IMG/VR virus record: IMGVR_UViG_2657245570_000014
DNA length: 57,188 nt
DNA from: a virus
Taxonomy: Duplodnaviria; Heunggongvirae; Uroviricota; Caudoviricetes
Strand: one strand, 5' to 3'
The notes under the pieces were generated by a model. That model worked only from the letters and a program-made list of their open reading frames with translations, did no database searches and was not told where the DNA came from. Both the position numbers and the translations under genes were made by a program. Within the stretch, counting starts at the first letter, position 1. Each line of letters opens with the position of its first letter. Of the stretch, positions 18,959 through 28,862 are shown in pieces.

Positions 18959-20074
18959 TTACAGGCAGCGTGCGACAGCAGCCTCATAGCTGATGCCTTC
19001 TTTTTTGGACAGGGCCACTGCTTTCTGATGCAGGGCCAGACGCTCAGGATCGGCTTCCGCAAACTCTGCCACATCCACCTTCACCGTGTCGCCGACACGC
19101 TCTTTTGTGGCCTGTTCGGCGAAATTCATCACCGGCTCCCCGTCGGAGAGCAATGAACGAAAGGCGGTGGCCAGCGGTGTGCGGCTTTCCCCCTCAGCAA
19201 ACTCCACCGGCTTGTCGCCACCGGCGACGGCATCCAGCAGGGCAACCACCACGGAGGAGGCGCGGGGAGCCAGACGGCCCTCTGCGACCAGTTTTTCTGC
19301 AAAGGCCACATTGTCCTTATGCAGTTGCTCCTGTCTGACCTGTGCATCACGCGCATCGCGATCAGCAGCCTGCTGCTTCAGGCGGCGGTTCTCCTCCTGA
19401 AGGGCTTCAATCTCTTCTTTTGTCATCGATGATTCCTCGTTACTTGCGGAAGACGGCCCCGGGCCTGTCTCACTGAATTGTGCACCTGCTGCATCCTGCG
19501 ACAGTGTGTCGCGGTACGCCTCTTCGCGCAGACTGTTGAGCTGCCATTCCGGCAGGACTTTTTCTGCCTCGTCCAGACTGAAGCGGGCGATCAGAAAATC
19601 GCGCAGCTTTCCCCACAGGGAGGCATTCGTGATGGCCTGCCAGTCGGCGAACTCCACCACACCTTCTTCCTGCTCACTGAAGGACACCTGTTTCAGCCCC
19701 TTGACGGAAGGTGGCTGTGCCCCGAGAAAGCCCACATGGCGAAGGTAGAGCACGCCGGGCTTCGGATTGGACGGTGAATCCGGGAGGTAGAAAGAGGCGG
19801 ACACTTTTTTGAATCGTCCGTCGGTGACCATCTCAGCAAACTGCGGGTCCAGCTGGGCAGGCTCTGCCATCAGATCGACGCCGCTGAGCGACAGGGCTTT
19901 CACCCAGCCCCACGCCGGGTCTTCCGTTCTGGGATGACCAATCACGAGTGGTGCTTCATGGACGGACGGGTCATAGGCTTTCACGCAGGCGGCAAGATCG
20001 TCTGGCGTGAACGGCAGTTTTTTGCCGTGCATATCGGTATGAGTACCGGCTTTAAAAATGTGAATGGCTGACAT
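18959..20074 (-). CDS. Head maturation protease / scaffold (Mu I-like)
   Basis: 371 aa; N-terminal protease-like region and C-terminal coiled-coil, Ala/Glu-rich scaffold-like region. Confidence 0.8.
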   Translation of the reverse strand: MSAIHIFKAGTHTDMHGKKLPFTPDDLAACVKAYDPSVHEAPLVIGHPRTEDPAWGWVKALSLSGVDLMAEPAQLDPQFAEMVTDGRFKKVSASFYLPDSPSNPKPGVLYLRHVGFLGAQPPSVKGLKQVSFSEQEEGVVEFADWQAITNASLWGKLRDFLIARFSLDEAEKVLPEWQLNSLREEAYRDTLSQDAAGAQFSETGPGPSSASNEESSMTKEEIEALQEENRRLKQQAADRDARDAQVRQEQLHKDNVAFAEKLVAEGRLAPRASSVVVALLDAVAGGDKPVEFAEGESRTPLATAFRSLLSDGEPVMNFAEQATKERVGDTVKVDVAEFAEADPERLALHQKAVALSKKEGISYEAAVARCL

Positions 20075-20288
20075 TTTGCTGTCCCGCGTTATGTTGTCGG
20101 AGACAGTTTGTGAGAAATGCAGGCCCGGCGATTTTAATCTGCTTTAGAAAACATCAGGGGAGAAGGACAGGGAAAGCAATGCGGTGAACCGGAGGCGGTT
20201 ATAAAACAGAGGCTGTAAAGCCTTTATAAAGGTAATACAGCCCCTCATTCGCTGGCAATGATAAATCACCCGCCTGAAGAGAGAAAAC

Positions 20289-20747
20289 TCAGCGACGGGC
20301 CGCTGATTCAAGATGGCGGACAATGGTATCGAGGATGGGGATTACCACTTCAGGCTGTAGTTCTCCATCCCCCGTCACCGGCAGGAACGGGCGGGCCGGA
20401 AGTTCAACAGACTCATTACGCCCCGTTTTACCCCCGAACTGGTGAATGGCACCGTAAACAACGTTGGTCCCCACAACAGCCTGCCGGTCGTCATGGTCGG
20501 TTGATACTGACCCCATCAGACGCCCGGTATCCTGCAGTGTCTGCCCGTCACGTTCTTCCGCTGCCAGCGAGGGGATCCACCCCGGACGCCCCTCATCAAG
20601 AAAGTTAAACTGTGTTTCCGCCAGCAGGGTTCCGGCGATTTTGCGCATCGCGGGCTCCAGGTCTGTGGCAGCAAGATCCAGCGCACGGAGGCTCCGGCGC
20701 AGGGATTTATCGTTAATGGTGATACTGACCAGGTTATCGGAAGCCAT
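20289..20747 (-). CDS. Virion morphogenesis protein (Mu G-like)
   Basis: 152 aa downstream of the F-like gene. Confidence 0.7.
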   Translation of the reverse strand: MASDNLVSITINDKSLRRSLRALDLAATDLEPAMRKIAGTLLAETQFNFLDEGRPGWIPSLAAEERDGQTLQDTGRLMGSVSTDHDDRQAVVGTNVVYGAIHQFGGKTGRNESVELPARPFLPVTGDGELQPEVVIPILDTIVRHLESAARR

Positions 20748-20749
20748 TG

Positions 20750-21571
20750 TTATCCTCTCAGTTCCTGTTGTGCCAGTGGCTGAAGCGTACCCTGATAGCG
20801 GGCCAGGTCGGGACGGTATGCTGCCCCCGGTGCATAAGACCAGCCGACGTCGGTGGTCACCTTCGTGGTGCCGGTATTAAAGGTGGCCACGTTCCGCATT
20901 TCGCCGGTTTTCTCTGAGACCAGTTTCAGTTCCTGGCCCATGGCAGAGCCGGAGCTGATAACCTTCAGGCCACGGGCACGTACATCCGCCGCACTCAGGG
21001 CAATCACACTACAGCGGCAGCGCCAGCCGTTCGGCGGGTAAAATGCCTGCCAGAACGGGTCATCCCAGCGCAGCACCAGACCATGCAGCGCCAGATGGCT
21101 CCTGCGGGTATGGCTGTCGTTGATGCCGGTATACATCCAGTACGGCCTGTCGTCGACGTTTTCCATCTGTTCCGCCCAACGACCGGCGCTGTAGAGTACG
21201 GACATATTGGTGCGAAAGATGGTATCGAGCCGCCACGGACTGCCCTGCTGAATGGTGACCGGCTTACCCGTTACCGGGTCAGTCGTGTCACGTGGTCCCC
21301 ACCATCCCTTACGCTTCAGCACCGGCTCCAGCTCCTGCCGGAACCAGCGATCGGTTTTTCCTTCATCGACAGCCTGCTGCAGTGCCCCGCGAATATCTTC
21401 CAGGATATCCAGGCGGGTCACTTTAGCAACGGTAAAGGCGCGGGCATGGGCCTCCTGCCACATTTCTTCCCAGTCCCAGGTAATCTGATACCCTTTGGAC
21501 TTCAGGTAACTGACTGCCCGCTTCGGGGGAAGCGTCATGCAGTACGCCAGTTCAGCCGTTGTCACGCTCAT
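20750..21571 (-). CDS. Minor head protein (Mu F-like)
   Basis: Downstream of portal; start taken at internal Met overlapping the portal 3-prime end (ORF extends to 21598). Confidence 0.75.
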   Translation of the reverse strand: MSVTTAELAYCMTLPPKRAVSYLKSKGYQITWDWEEMWQEAHARAFTVAKVTRLDILEDIRGALQQAVDEGKTDRWFRQELEPVLKRKGWWGPRDTTDPVTGKPVTIQQGSPWRLDTIFRTNMSVLYSAGRWAEQMENVDDRPYWMYTGINDSHTRRSHLALHGLVLRWDDPFWQAFYPPNGWRCRCSVIALSAADVRARGLKVISSGSAMGQELKLVSEKTGEMRNVATFNTGTTKVTTDVGWSYAPGAAYRPDLARYQGTLQPLAQQELRG

Positions 21572-23048
21572 GCAGACGTCCCCGGATATTTGCCACAAAG
21601 AGAATACGGGCCAGCCGTTCCTGCAGATCGTCCGTGTTCATCTGAGGGTAGAGCTCCGCCAGTTCGCCCAGCAGCTCAGTCGGGTTAACCCCGTTTTCGA
21701 CCCGCTTAAACAGAGGTGCCAGGACGGGTTCCAGCGTGCCATTTAACACACCTCCGTTCATCAGAATGTCCAGCGCGTCGTCAAGCTGCTGCTGAGCCTG
21801 AATATCGGCATCAATCGCCTCGGCAAATGACAGCGGCAGCATGTTATTCTGGCGTTCCGACGGTGATGTCTCGTCAATATCGCCGTCCTGCAGTTGGTAC
21901 TCACGCTTAAAGTATTGCGGGGTCAGACGCAGACCCGCCCGGGTGAGTTTTTCGTCGCGGGTGGCGCGGGTGTCATCAATGGTCTCCTGTTCCCACATGG
22001 CCCAGACCGGACACGGCACATCGCCGAAGTTCAGGGTGACCACCGTTCTGATAACCTGATTCACTGCTGCCTGAATGATGTCCGCATCCGCATCGCGGAT
22101 ATCAGCCGTTACCTCCAGCCCGGCCTGTGCAGAGGCCTTGTTACTGTTCGCTTCCGTGGTCTGATTCTGACCAAGTAATGCAATGGAGATCTCACTGCGT
22201 GACAGTGTGATCAGCTCGCGGAATACCTCGCTGCTGTCCGCCTTACCATCCGCGGCTTTGAGTTCGATGCTGCTGTCATCGGGGATGGTGGCCACCGCGT
22301 CCTCCACCATCTGCTCCATGGAGTCCAGCAGTTTTTCAATCTCTGCATCATTTGCACCCCTCGGGTGCTTACCGATCACCCACGGGGAGCCAAACTTTTC
22401 GGCAAAGCGGAGCCAGAATTTCATCCCGCCTTTCTTGAAGGCGACCGGCCAGAAGCACATGGACAGGTCCGGGAAACCGTAAGGATTGTCATACGAGGCA
22501 TCCTGTGCCGGCACCACGAATTTTGACGGTGACAGCAGCTCACCCTCCACACCCGCATCACGCGCCCGGAAGCGCAGGCAGTTGTCCGTATCAAACTGAA
22601 ACCACTCAGGCGGTTTGCCGACAATATCCGTCACTGCCCACGCCCTGACCGAACGGCCCCACATGATTTCACAGGGCTGATACCCGTAGAGCACGGCATC
22701 ACTCATCTCACCGATGATGCGGGACAGATCCAGATCGTCGAGCATGTCGCGGATGAAACGGAAGACCCGGGCAGAAGCGTGACCGCGCTCCAGTCCACGC
22801 TCCAGTGATTTGAGCGCTGCTTTACGTCTGCGGATACAGCCCCCAACCAGCGGGTCGGTGCGCAGTTCGCGGTAGATACGGATATCCCGTCCCTGAGCCT
22901 TGAGAATGGGATCAGGATTGGGCAGATACATGCCCAGTCCGTAAAAGTCGATCGCGCGGCTGCGGGAGGCAATCTGCGCGGTCAGTGATTTCTGAGGCTC
23001 AGAAAAAGCAACAAATTCATCGGGTGAAACCCAGATACCCCTCGCCAT
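21552..23048 (-). CDS. Portal protein (Mu H-like)
   Basis: 498 aa directly downstream of the large terminase gene. Confidence 0.85.
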   Translation of the reverse strand: MARGIWVSPDEFVAFSEPQKSLTAQIASRSRAIDFYGLGMYLPNPDPILKAQGRDIRIYRELRTDPLVGGCIRRRKAALKSLERGLERGHASARVFRFIRDMLDDLDLSRIIGEMSDAVLYGYQPCEIMWGRSVRAWAVTDIVGKPPEWFQFDTDNCLRFRARDAGVEGELLSPSKFVVPAQDASYDNPYGFPDLSMCFWPVAFKKGGMKFWLRFAEKFGSPWVIGKHPRGANDAEIEKLLDSMEQMVEDAVATIPDDSSIELKAADGKADSSEVFRELITLSRSEISIALLGQNQTTEANSNKASAQAGLEVTADIRDADADIIQAAVNQVIRTVVTLNFGDVPCPVWAMWEQETIDDTRATRDEKLTRAGLRLTPQYFKREYQLQDGDIDETSPSERQNNMLPLSFAEAIDADIQAQQQLDDALDILMNGGVLNGTLEPVLAPLFKRVENGVNPTELLGELAELYPQMNTDDLQERLARILFVANIRGRLHERDNG

Positions 23049-24643
23049 CAGAATCCCTCCAGCATACGGGCCGCCTGACGACGACGGCGTGAGCTTGCCT
23101 TCACCGGCCCTTTGTTAATTTCACGGCTGGCGAAATACGCCAGCGCCAGTGCGATGGCTGAATCCCCGTGGCGTTTACCACCGTCAGCCTTTGCTTTTGA
23201 GCGTTGCTCCGGTACGCGGGGGACACCGTTCACCACCTGAACGGCCCGCAGGTCATCCAGTGTGTCTTCATCCTTTGGTAAGTCCACCAGGTTACCGTCT
23301 TCCAGTGCAGCTTTGACCGGAGGCATATGCTCCCGGTACCAGCCTTCGGTTGGCATCACCTGCTGAACCCGGCCGGAGCCGTAGCGCTGCATGGCGTATT
23401 CAGCCAGATAGGCACCATTACCACGGGCATCAAACGCTGCACCCAGCAGACCGGGCAGGCCATCCATCAGATACCAGGTGATTTGCTCCTGCTGTCTGAA
23501 CGGCACGTTACGCAGCTCCAGTACGAATGGCACGCGTCGTACCAGGTTCTTCTCCTGCAGCAGGGGATAGTCCACCGACAAATCACCGCTACGGCCAAAG
23601 TCGCGCCCCAGGAAAGAGCGGGCATCAGTGGGGAGTGCCTCCAGCAAGGGTTTCAGATACTCATCAAGCCAGTCCTGCGTCTCGCGGAAGCGAACCTCAT
23701 CAGACAGCAGTTCATAACCTTCCTTGCAGGTCAGACGCAATACCGGCGTATCAGCGGACATGCGGGACTCTATCAGGGCACGGGACAGCCAGGCACCGCC
23801 ACCGTTGGCCGGAATACAGTCAAGCTCTTCGGATGCGCCGGCACCGTAGAATTTGTACACCGATGCCATCCAGGCCTGCTCGGATGCCTCCGACCATTCC
23901 TTCCCGGTGCGCAGACAGACGCGCCGGAACAGCCCCTCAGATACGGCTTCCCGGAAAGTGATGCGATGTATGCTGCCTCCCTGACGTCCGGCACGGATAT
24001 CCCCGATAAGCGTATTGAACGGATTGTCGTCACCGTCATGGGTGGAGATAACGCGTACCTTTCCCCCCCAGATAAGCATCGCCAGCGCCGCTTTCAGCAG
24101 TTCGTCCAGTTGCTCATGGAACGCCGCTTCGTCGATAACAATAATACCCTGACGGCCACGCAGGTTAGACGGGCGGCTGGAGAGCGCAACAATACGAAAG
24201 CCGGAGTCAGGAAATTTGATGGTGTAAGTCCTGATGTGTTTGTCGTCGTCGTCCTCTTCCCAGAATCCTTCTTCAATTTCACTGGCCGCATAGTTGAATG
24301 CCCGTGCCCACATCGCACACGCCTGAATGTATTCGACGGTCATGTCCTGGTTATAAGCGATGTAATACACATTCATCCCGCCTGCTGGCGCAGAAGAGGC
24401 GGCGGTCAGTACGTTATCGGATGCCTCAGCCCATGTAATACCGGTACGACGGCTCTTTTCTATCACCTTAAGCGGAGAGGTGTCTGCCACCCAGCGCTGC
24501 TGGTAAGGCAACAGAACGGGAGGAGCATCCAGCGCCGAGGTATCAGGCAAAACGGGAGCAAGGTTATTCCTCCCGTCCATGGGACTCATCCCTTCGGGGC
24601 CACCGCCAGCGGCGTTTAAAATCACTCCGGATGATTTTGTCAT
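23048..24643 (-). CDS. Terminase large subunit
   Basis: 531 aa; terminase-portal order. Confidence 0.85.
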   Translation of the reverse strand: MTKSSGVILNAAGGGPEGMSPMDGRNNLAPVLPDTSALDAPPVLLPYQQRWVADTSPLKVIEKSRRTGITWAEASDNVLTAASSAPAGGMNVYYIAYNQDMTVEYIQACAMWARAFNYAASEIEEGFWEEDDDDKHIRTYTIKFPDSGFRIVALSSRPSNLRGRQGIIVIDEAAFHEQLDELLKAALAMLIWGGKVRVISTHDGDDNPFNTLIGDIRAGRQGGSIHRITFREAVSEGLFRRVCLRTGKEWSEASEQAWMASVYKFYGAGASEELDCIPANGGGAWLSRALIESRMSADTPVLRLTCKEGYELLSDEVRFRETQDWLDEYLKPLLEALPTDARSFLGRDFGRSGDLSVDYPLLQEKNLVRRVPFVLELRNVPFRQQEQITWYLMDGLPGLLGAAFDARGNGAYLAEYAMQRYGSGRVQQVMPTEGWYREHMPPVKAALEDGNLVDLPKDEDTLDDLRAVQVVNGVPRVPEQRSKAKADGGKRHGDSAIALALAYFASREINKGPVKASSRRRRQAARMLEGF

Positions 24644-25185
24644 GTGGCAATCCCCAGAATCTCGCGACGAAGCGCCTGTACTGCGTCGCTTGACAGTCCC
24701 CCCTTACGGGCAATTTTCTCGGCGTTGCTGGCTGCCTGCTGCGCTCTGGCCCGTACTTCAGACTGGAACTTTTTGAGGTTGACGGACGCGCGGGACAGCG
24801 TAGCCACATTCTTCGCCACCTTCGACAGCAGGGCCACGCGTTCTTTAGGATCGACTTCGCCTTCTTCCGCCTCCTGCAACTGGACAATACTCTCGAACAG
24901 CTCGGTCTGAATAAGGGCTATCACAGCCTCCGAACGCGCATCCTGATCGTCTGCTGCGCCTTCGGTCAGCATGCGGGCCGCTTCTGTTGCCGCACGGATA
25001 GCACCATAGCGGCGCTCAATCTTCTGTCCATAGCGATGGATAGCGGATTTGCTGATGACGTACCCCCGCTCACGCAGCAGGGACTCCAGCTCGTTATACC
25101 CGCTGAAGCCGGATTCAGTCAGCGCCCGTTCAAGCCAGCGGCGCACATCTTCCGGCAGCTTTTCTATTGTGCTGCGTCTGGCCAT
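24640..25185 (-). CDS. Terminase small subunit (Mu gp27-like)
   Basis: 181 aa; ATG with GGAG Shine-Dalgarno; overlaps the large terminase start. Confidence 0.75.
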   Translation of the reverse strand: MARRSTIEKLPEDVRRWLERALTESGFSGYNELESLLRERGYVISKSAIHRYGQKIERRYGAIRAATEAARMLTEGAADDQDARSEAVIALIQTELFESIVQLQEAEEGEVDPKERVALLSKVAKNVATLSRASVNLKKFQSEVRARAQQAASNAEKIARKGGLSSDAVQALRREILGIAT

Positions 25186-25496
25186 TATTCACTCCAGTAC
25201 TTTTCCGGGCGGGCAATACCCGGACCACATTCCACGGTGTATTCCACCAGGTCTACGCCGAGGCGGGTCAGGTCAGCAAACCAGTCGCCAGAAGGTTTTT
25301 TCTCCAGATCAACCATTTTACGGTCAGCCAGATAATCCAGTTCGCGGCGCAGTTCCAGCGGTGTGGTGTCCGGGTAGATGGCACGGGACACATCCAGCAG
25401 CAGCGTCTCGCTGGCGGTGTAAGGGCGGGTCTTGTTCAGGGCAACCAGCAGACTCCAGCGCAGGGATTCGCGGCGTACCCGGGTAATATCGACCAT
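25185..25496 (-). CDS. Hypothetical protein (Mu gp26 position)
   Basis: 103 aa; stop overlaps the small terminase ATG (TAATG). Confidence 0.55.
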   Translation of the reverse strand: MVDITRVRRESLRWSLLVALNKTRPYTASETLLLDVSRAIYPDTTPLELRRELDYLADRKMVDLEKKPSGDWFADLTRLGVDLVEYTVECGPGIARPEKYWSE

Positions 25497-25822
25497 TATT
25501 GACCTCCGGTATTGCGGTACTGCTGTACCACTTCCAGTTTGTTATAAAGCGCGTCCAGTTTGGCCTCAATGACTGTCTGGCCACGGATATAATCCTCTCG
25601 ACGGACATAATTCAGCGGTAAATCCGCTTTAAATCGCATAAATTCTTTTTCCAGCTCGCCCCAGTTGGAGGCGGATTGTTGCAGGGCCTGTTCAAGGGAG
25701 GCGAATCGTGCCGCCTGGCGTTCTTCTGTTTTACTGAACAACCATTTGGCGAGCCCTCCCACAAACCCCATGAAGGTGAGCAGAAAACTCACCACCGTCC
25801 AGAATTCAACCTGCAGTGTCAT
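25496..25822 (-). CDS. Small membrane protein with coiled-coil (Mu gp25 position)
   Basis: 108 aa; N-terminal transmembrane segment FWTVVSFLLTFMGFVGGLAKWLF. Confidence 0.55.
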   Translation of the reverse strand: MTLQVEFWTVVSFLLTFMGFVGGLAKWLFSKTEERQAARFASLEQALQQSASNWGELEKEFMRFKADLPLNYVRREDYIRGQTVIEAKLDALYNKLEVVQQYRNTGGQ

Positions 25823-26469
25823 TTCTGTAATCCTTCCCGTTCATCCAGTAACGCGTTTATCTGGTTCCGCCAGCGACGACATTGTCCTGCGTTGTCGATG
25901 ATGTTGGCGAGAACGTCACGCTGGGAGACACCCGAATCGCGTAACCGGGTGTCAGTGGTTTCAGGTTGCCCGGTCGCTGTGCCAGAGCGGGTGCCAGCGG
26001 CGGCAACTGAGTCTGAATGACCGGTGTCGACGGATGCGTTGTCATATCCGAGTGCGGCGTTGTACTGGCGCACGAAACCGCGAGTAAACACGCACTCAAT
26101 GGGATGGCTCTTACCTTTTTCATCAATCCAGCGCTGTGTGACATCGTTAATTTGCCCCTGTAGTTGTTTATTCCGGCTCTCCAGTTGAGCAATCTGCTCA
26201 AGATAACCGGCTTCAGCCCGCTGCCCGGCGGCCACCTGCTCCTGATACCGTCTGGCCCAGGCCCGCAGCGCAGCATTCTCAAGCGTTGCCTGCTCCGTTT
26301 TGTACGCGTCAAATGCTGACTGCAACTGACTGAGCGCGGTATCACCGTCACGCTTTGCAGAGTCATGACCACTTCTGTATCCCATGGCATACAGGCCGAC
26401 CAGAAAGGCATTGATAAGAATGGCCAGCAGAATGCCGCGCCACGGCAGCTTTTTAACCAGATGCCACAC
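25819..26469 (-). CDS. i-spanin (Rz-like)
   Basis: N-terminal transmembrane segment followed by a long coiled-coil periplasmic domain; GTG start with GGGGAGG Shine-Dalgarno overlapping the endolysin 3-prime end. Confidence 0.7.
   Translation of the reverse strand: MWHLVKKLPWRGILLAILINAFLVGLYAMGYRSGHDSAKRDGDTALSQLQSAFDAYKTEQATLENAALRAWARRYQEQVAAGQRAEAGYLEQIAQLESRNKQLQGQINDVTQRWIDEKGKSHPIECVFTRGFVRQYNAALGYDNASVDTGHSDSVAAAGTRSGTATGQPETTDTRLRDSGVSQRDVLANIIDNAGQCRRWRNQINALLDEREGLQK
25857..26123 (-). CDS. o-spanin (Rz1-like), nested in the +1 frame of the i-spanin gene
   Basis: MKKVRAIPLSACLLAVSC lipoprotein-like signal followed by a Pro-rich segment (LPPLAPALAQRPGNLKPLTPG); fully embedded in the Rz-like gene. 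Confidence 0.65.
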   Translation of the reverse strand: MKKVRAIPLSACLLAVSCASTTPHSDMTTHPSTPVIQTQLPPLAPALAQRPGNLKPLTPGYAIRVSPSVTFSPTSSTTQDNVVAGGTR

Positions 26470-27193
26470 AACTGCTGCCTCCCCATGTGAGATATCGCGG
26501 TGCCAGTTCGCGCAGGATGCGCTGCGGATAATGGCGGTTCTCCCGCCAGCTGGCCGCATTGCGTCCGGCATTCACCGTGGCGACATGTCCGAACCAGCGG
26601 GTGCTGTCCAGACCTTTCTGTGATGCAAGCCGCCTGTCCCGTTGTACCCAGCCCAGACCACCGTTATAGCCCGACAGTGTCATGGCCATACGCTCGCAGT
26701 CACTGGCGGCGCTGACACGCTGCCACAGCCAGCGGTCATAGCTGACCAGCGCCCGGATAGCCCATGCCGGATTAAACGGCTCACGACTGCTCAGCATCGG
26801 TATCAACTGGCTTATCCAGTCGGCAGTGGCAGGCATGAACTGCGCCAGTCCCTGAGCGCCAGCCGGCGAGATCGCATCAGGTCGCCAGCCGCTTTCCTGA
26901 TGCAGTTGCGCGGCGAAATCGGCCACCGGCGCAGACAGTCCCCATTCAAGCCGGGCATTACGGATCACATCATCGCGATACTGCAGCGCAGCCTGCGGAG
27001 GTTGTGCTGCGCATGCCTGGCTAAAAAAGCCGCCACACCAGAGCAACATTGCGACAAAGAATACCCATGCCATATGAACCAGAAAGGTCCCGGCGCGGAC
27101 TGACAGGCGTTCGGTTCTGATGAAGACCCGAAAGGCTTCGAAAGCCAGTTTCAGGGACATGCATACAATCCAGGTGATCTGCGGCCAGTTCAT
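26453..27193 (-). CDS. Endolysin, lytic transglycosylase (SLT) type with a hydrophobic N-terminal signal-anchor
   Basis: SLT-like region (EWGLSAPVADFAAQLHQESGW...); N-terminal hydrophobic stretch MAWVFFVAMLLWCGGFF; ATG 3 nt after the holin stop. Confidence 0.8.
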   Translation of the reverse strand: MNWPQITWIVCMSLKLAFEAFRVFIRTERLSVRAGTFLVHMAWVFFVAMLLWCGGFFSQACAAQPPQAALQYRDDVIRNARLEWGLSAPVADFAAQLHQESGWRPDAISPAGAQGLAQFMPATADWISQLIPMLSSREPFNPAWAIRALVSYDRWLWQRVSAASDCERMAMTLSGYNGGLGWVQRDRRLASQKGLDSTRWFGHVATVNAGRNAASWRENRHYPQRILRELAPRYLTWGGSSCVASG

Positions 27194-27195
27194 GA

Positions 27196-27546
27196 TTAAA
27201 GCCCCATCGCAACAGCCAGGCAGACCGCTGCAACAATCAGTGCACGGCGGATTAACGCAGCAGAAAACACCAGGTGAAGGCCGGTCTGTACCGGGAAACG
27301 CCCTTCAGCCATCAGCCTGTCGTCATGTTTCAGGTACTGACCGGGACGGGCTTTGGGGAAGAGCGAACGGTCAAGCCAGTAACCCAGCACTGCTGCCAGC
27401 GTGATGAGTGCCAGCTTGTAGATCACAACAGGCAGCTGCTGTGGTGAGACCAGAGCGATGGTGCCCAGCAACAGCACTGAGGTCAGCAGCCAGCCGCTGA
27501 GGCGAGGTTTTTTAACAGGGGGAATGAATTTTTTCAGGTTTTTCAT
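27196..27546 (-). CDS. Putative holin (three predicted transmembrane segments)
   Basis: 117 aa; AAGGAG Shine-Dalgarno 6 nt upstream of ATG; first gene of the late operon. Confidence 0.65.
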   Translation of the reverse strand: MKNLKKFIPPVKKPRLSGWLLTSVLLLGTIALVSPQQLPVVIYKLALITLAAVLGYWLDRSLFPKARPGQYLKHDDRLMAEGRFPVQTGLHLVFSAALIRRALIVAAVCLAVAMGL

Positions 27547-27676
27547 GTGTGTCTCCTTATCTGGTGGAGACAGCATCACAAATACAGGGCGCGAAGGATT
27601 TTAAAGCGCGTTAAGAGAGCCGGGGATACGGGATGTGCAGGATAAACGATGAATTATTCACAGAGGAGAATACGAT

Positions 27677-28153
27677 ATGACGCACACACTGAATCCGGTC
27701 ATCACTGTCACTGTGTCCGGTCCTGTGGGCAGCGGTAAAAGTTACGTACTGGCGCGGATAGAAGAGATGGTGAAACAGGAACTCGGAAACAGCGTCATTG
27801 TCGATGCTGCTGACGTGGAGAATGAGCGCCGTATGAATGGCGAAGATCTGACGACCTGGCAGAAGCCACGGGGTGGCACAGTGATCAGGCTGGAGGAATA
27901 CACGGGACAGGGCCTGTTGTCATACGGCGAGGAGCGTATCTGTCGGACGAATGAGCTGCTGGATGTTATATGCCCCACGGGCCGGCAACCCTGGATACTG
28001 CCCGATGCACTGCATGCCACCATTGCGGCACTGATGACAGTTTACGATCAGGAGCTGCTCATGAAGGAGTTACGTAAACTCACCGGTCAGCCAACAGAAT
28101 GTTGTTCGTCTCCGAAGTACGGCAAACAGGAAAACGCCCCGGATAATCCTTAA
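27677..28153 (+). CDS. Small P-loop protein (Walker A GPVGSGKS near the N-terminus; kinase-like), unknown function
   Basis: 158 aa; GAGGAG Shine-Dalgarno; opposite strand to the late operon. Confidence 0.7.
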   Translation: MTHTLNPVITVTVSGPVGSGKSYVLARIEEMVKQELGNSVIVDAADVENERRMNGEDLTTWQKPRGGTVIRLEEYTGQGLLSYGEERICRTNELLDVICPTGRQPWILPDALHATIAALMTVYDQELLMKELRKLTGQPTECCSSPKYGKQENAPDNP

Positions 28154-28159
28154 GATACC

Positions 28160-28192
28160 TCCTGAACAGAAACAGCCCTGAAGGGCTGCACT
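28160..28192. terminator. Possible bidirectional hairpin terminator between convergent genes
   Basis: CAGCCC tgaa GGGCTG stem-loop flanked by an A-run on one side and a T-rich stretch on the other. Confidence 0.35.
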
Positions 28193-28781
28193 AAAAAAAG
28201 AAGTGTATTATTGCCCAAACAGCTATAACGATGATTCCCAGCCCAAGAGCCGATTCTAACTTATCTTTGGCAGTCATTTTTACTGTTGTAGCGGGCGCAG
28301 GTAAGTCTTGCTGCTGTGGATTTTCTGTTAGTTGTTTACGAGAAGAAACATCGCCCCTGTTAGTTTGCTTCATGTTGATTACAGATGCGTTATGGGCATT
28401 ATCAGCAGCAATTGACTGAAGTTTTACAAAAGTTTTTGAATCTGTTTTAGCCAGAAGTAACCTATTTCCCGTAAACATTGCCTTAAAAGTGATAGTTTTT
28501 TTCGTCTTGTCCGCCGCACCAAGCAAACCTCCAATGACCAACCCTGCACCACCAAAGATTAATCCACCAAGCAAACCTGCGCCTGCCGCCTTACCTATAC
28601 GGCTTTCCTCTTCACTATCCGCAAGTTCAATCGATAAAAGCTCTTCTTTCAGATTTAATACAATATTTTCAGGAAAGCCTTGTTTTGGTTTTTTGGCAAA
28701 CACGATGGTACCGAACCCCATGCTTGCCCACCCTTTAGGAAAACTTCCTGCGATAACCTGAATCCCTGCCATGTTCATCAC
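28191..28781 (-). CDS. Membrane protein with a glycine-zipper segment and C-terminal transmembrane helix, unknown function
   Basis: GAGLLGGLIFGGAGLVIGGLLGAA motif; C-terminal LGLGIIVIAVWAIIHFFF. Confidence 0.6.
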   Translation of the reverse strand: MMNMAGIQVIAGSFPKGWASMGFGTIVFAKKPKQGFPENIVLNLKEELLSIELADSEEESRIGKAAGAGLLGGLIFGGAGLVIGGLLGAADKTKKTITFKAMFTGNRLLLAKTDSKTFVKLQSIAADNAHNASVINMKQTNRGDVSSRKQLTENPQQQDLPAPATTVKMTAKDKLESALGLGIIVIAVWAIIHFFF

Positions 28782-28862
28782 CTTTTACATTAAAATTTCA
28801 GAACGCAGCATGATGCCGCCTTTGTCTTTTTTCTGATCCCATGGTAATTCAGCTGTTATTTT

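Noticed and set aside
23327-24619. 430-aa plus-strand ORF
   Set aside because: Antisense to the large terminase gene; low-complexity Arg/Gly/Pro-rich translation.
25857-26486. Full 209-aa form of the embedded ORF in the spanin region
   Set aside because: Only the C-terminal 88 aa beginning at the lipoprotein-like signal looks protein-like; the upstream part is out-of-frame read-through of the i-spanin gene.
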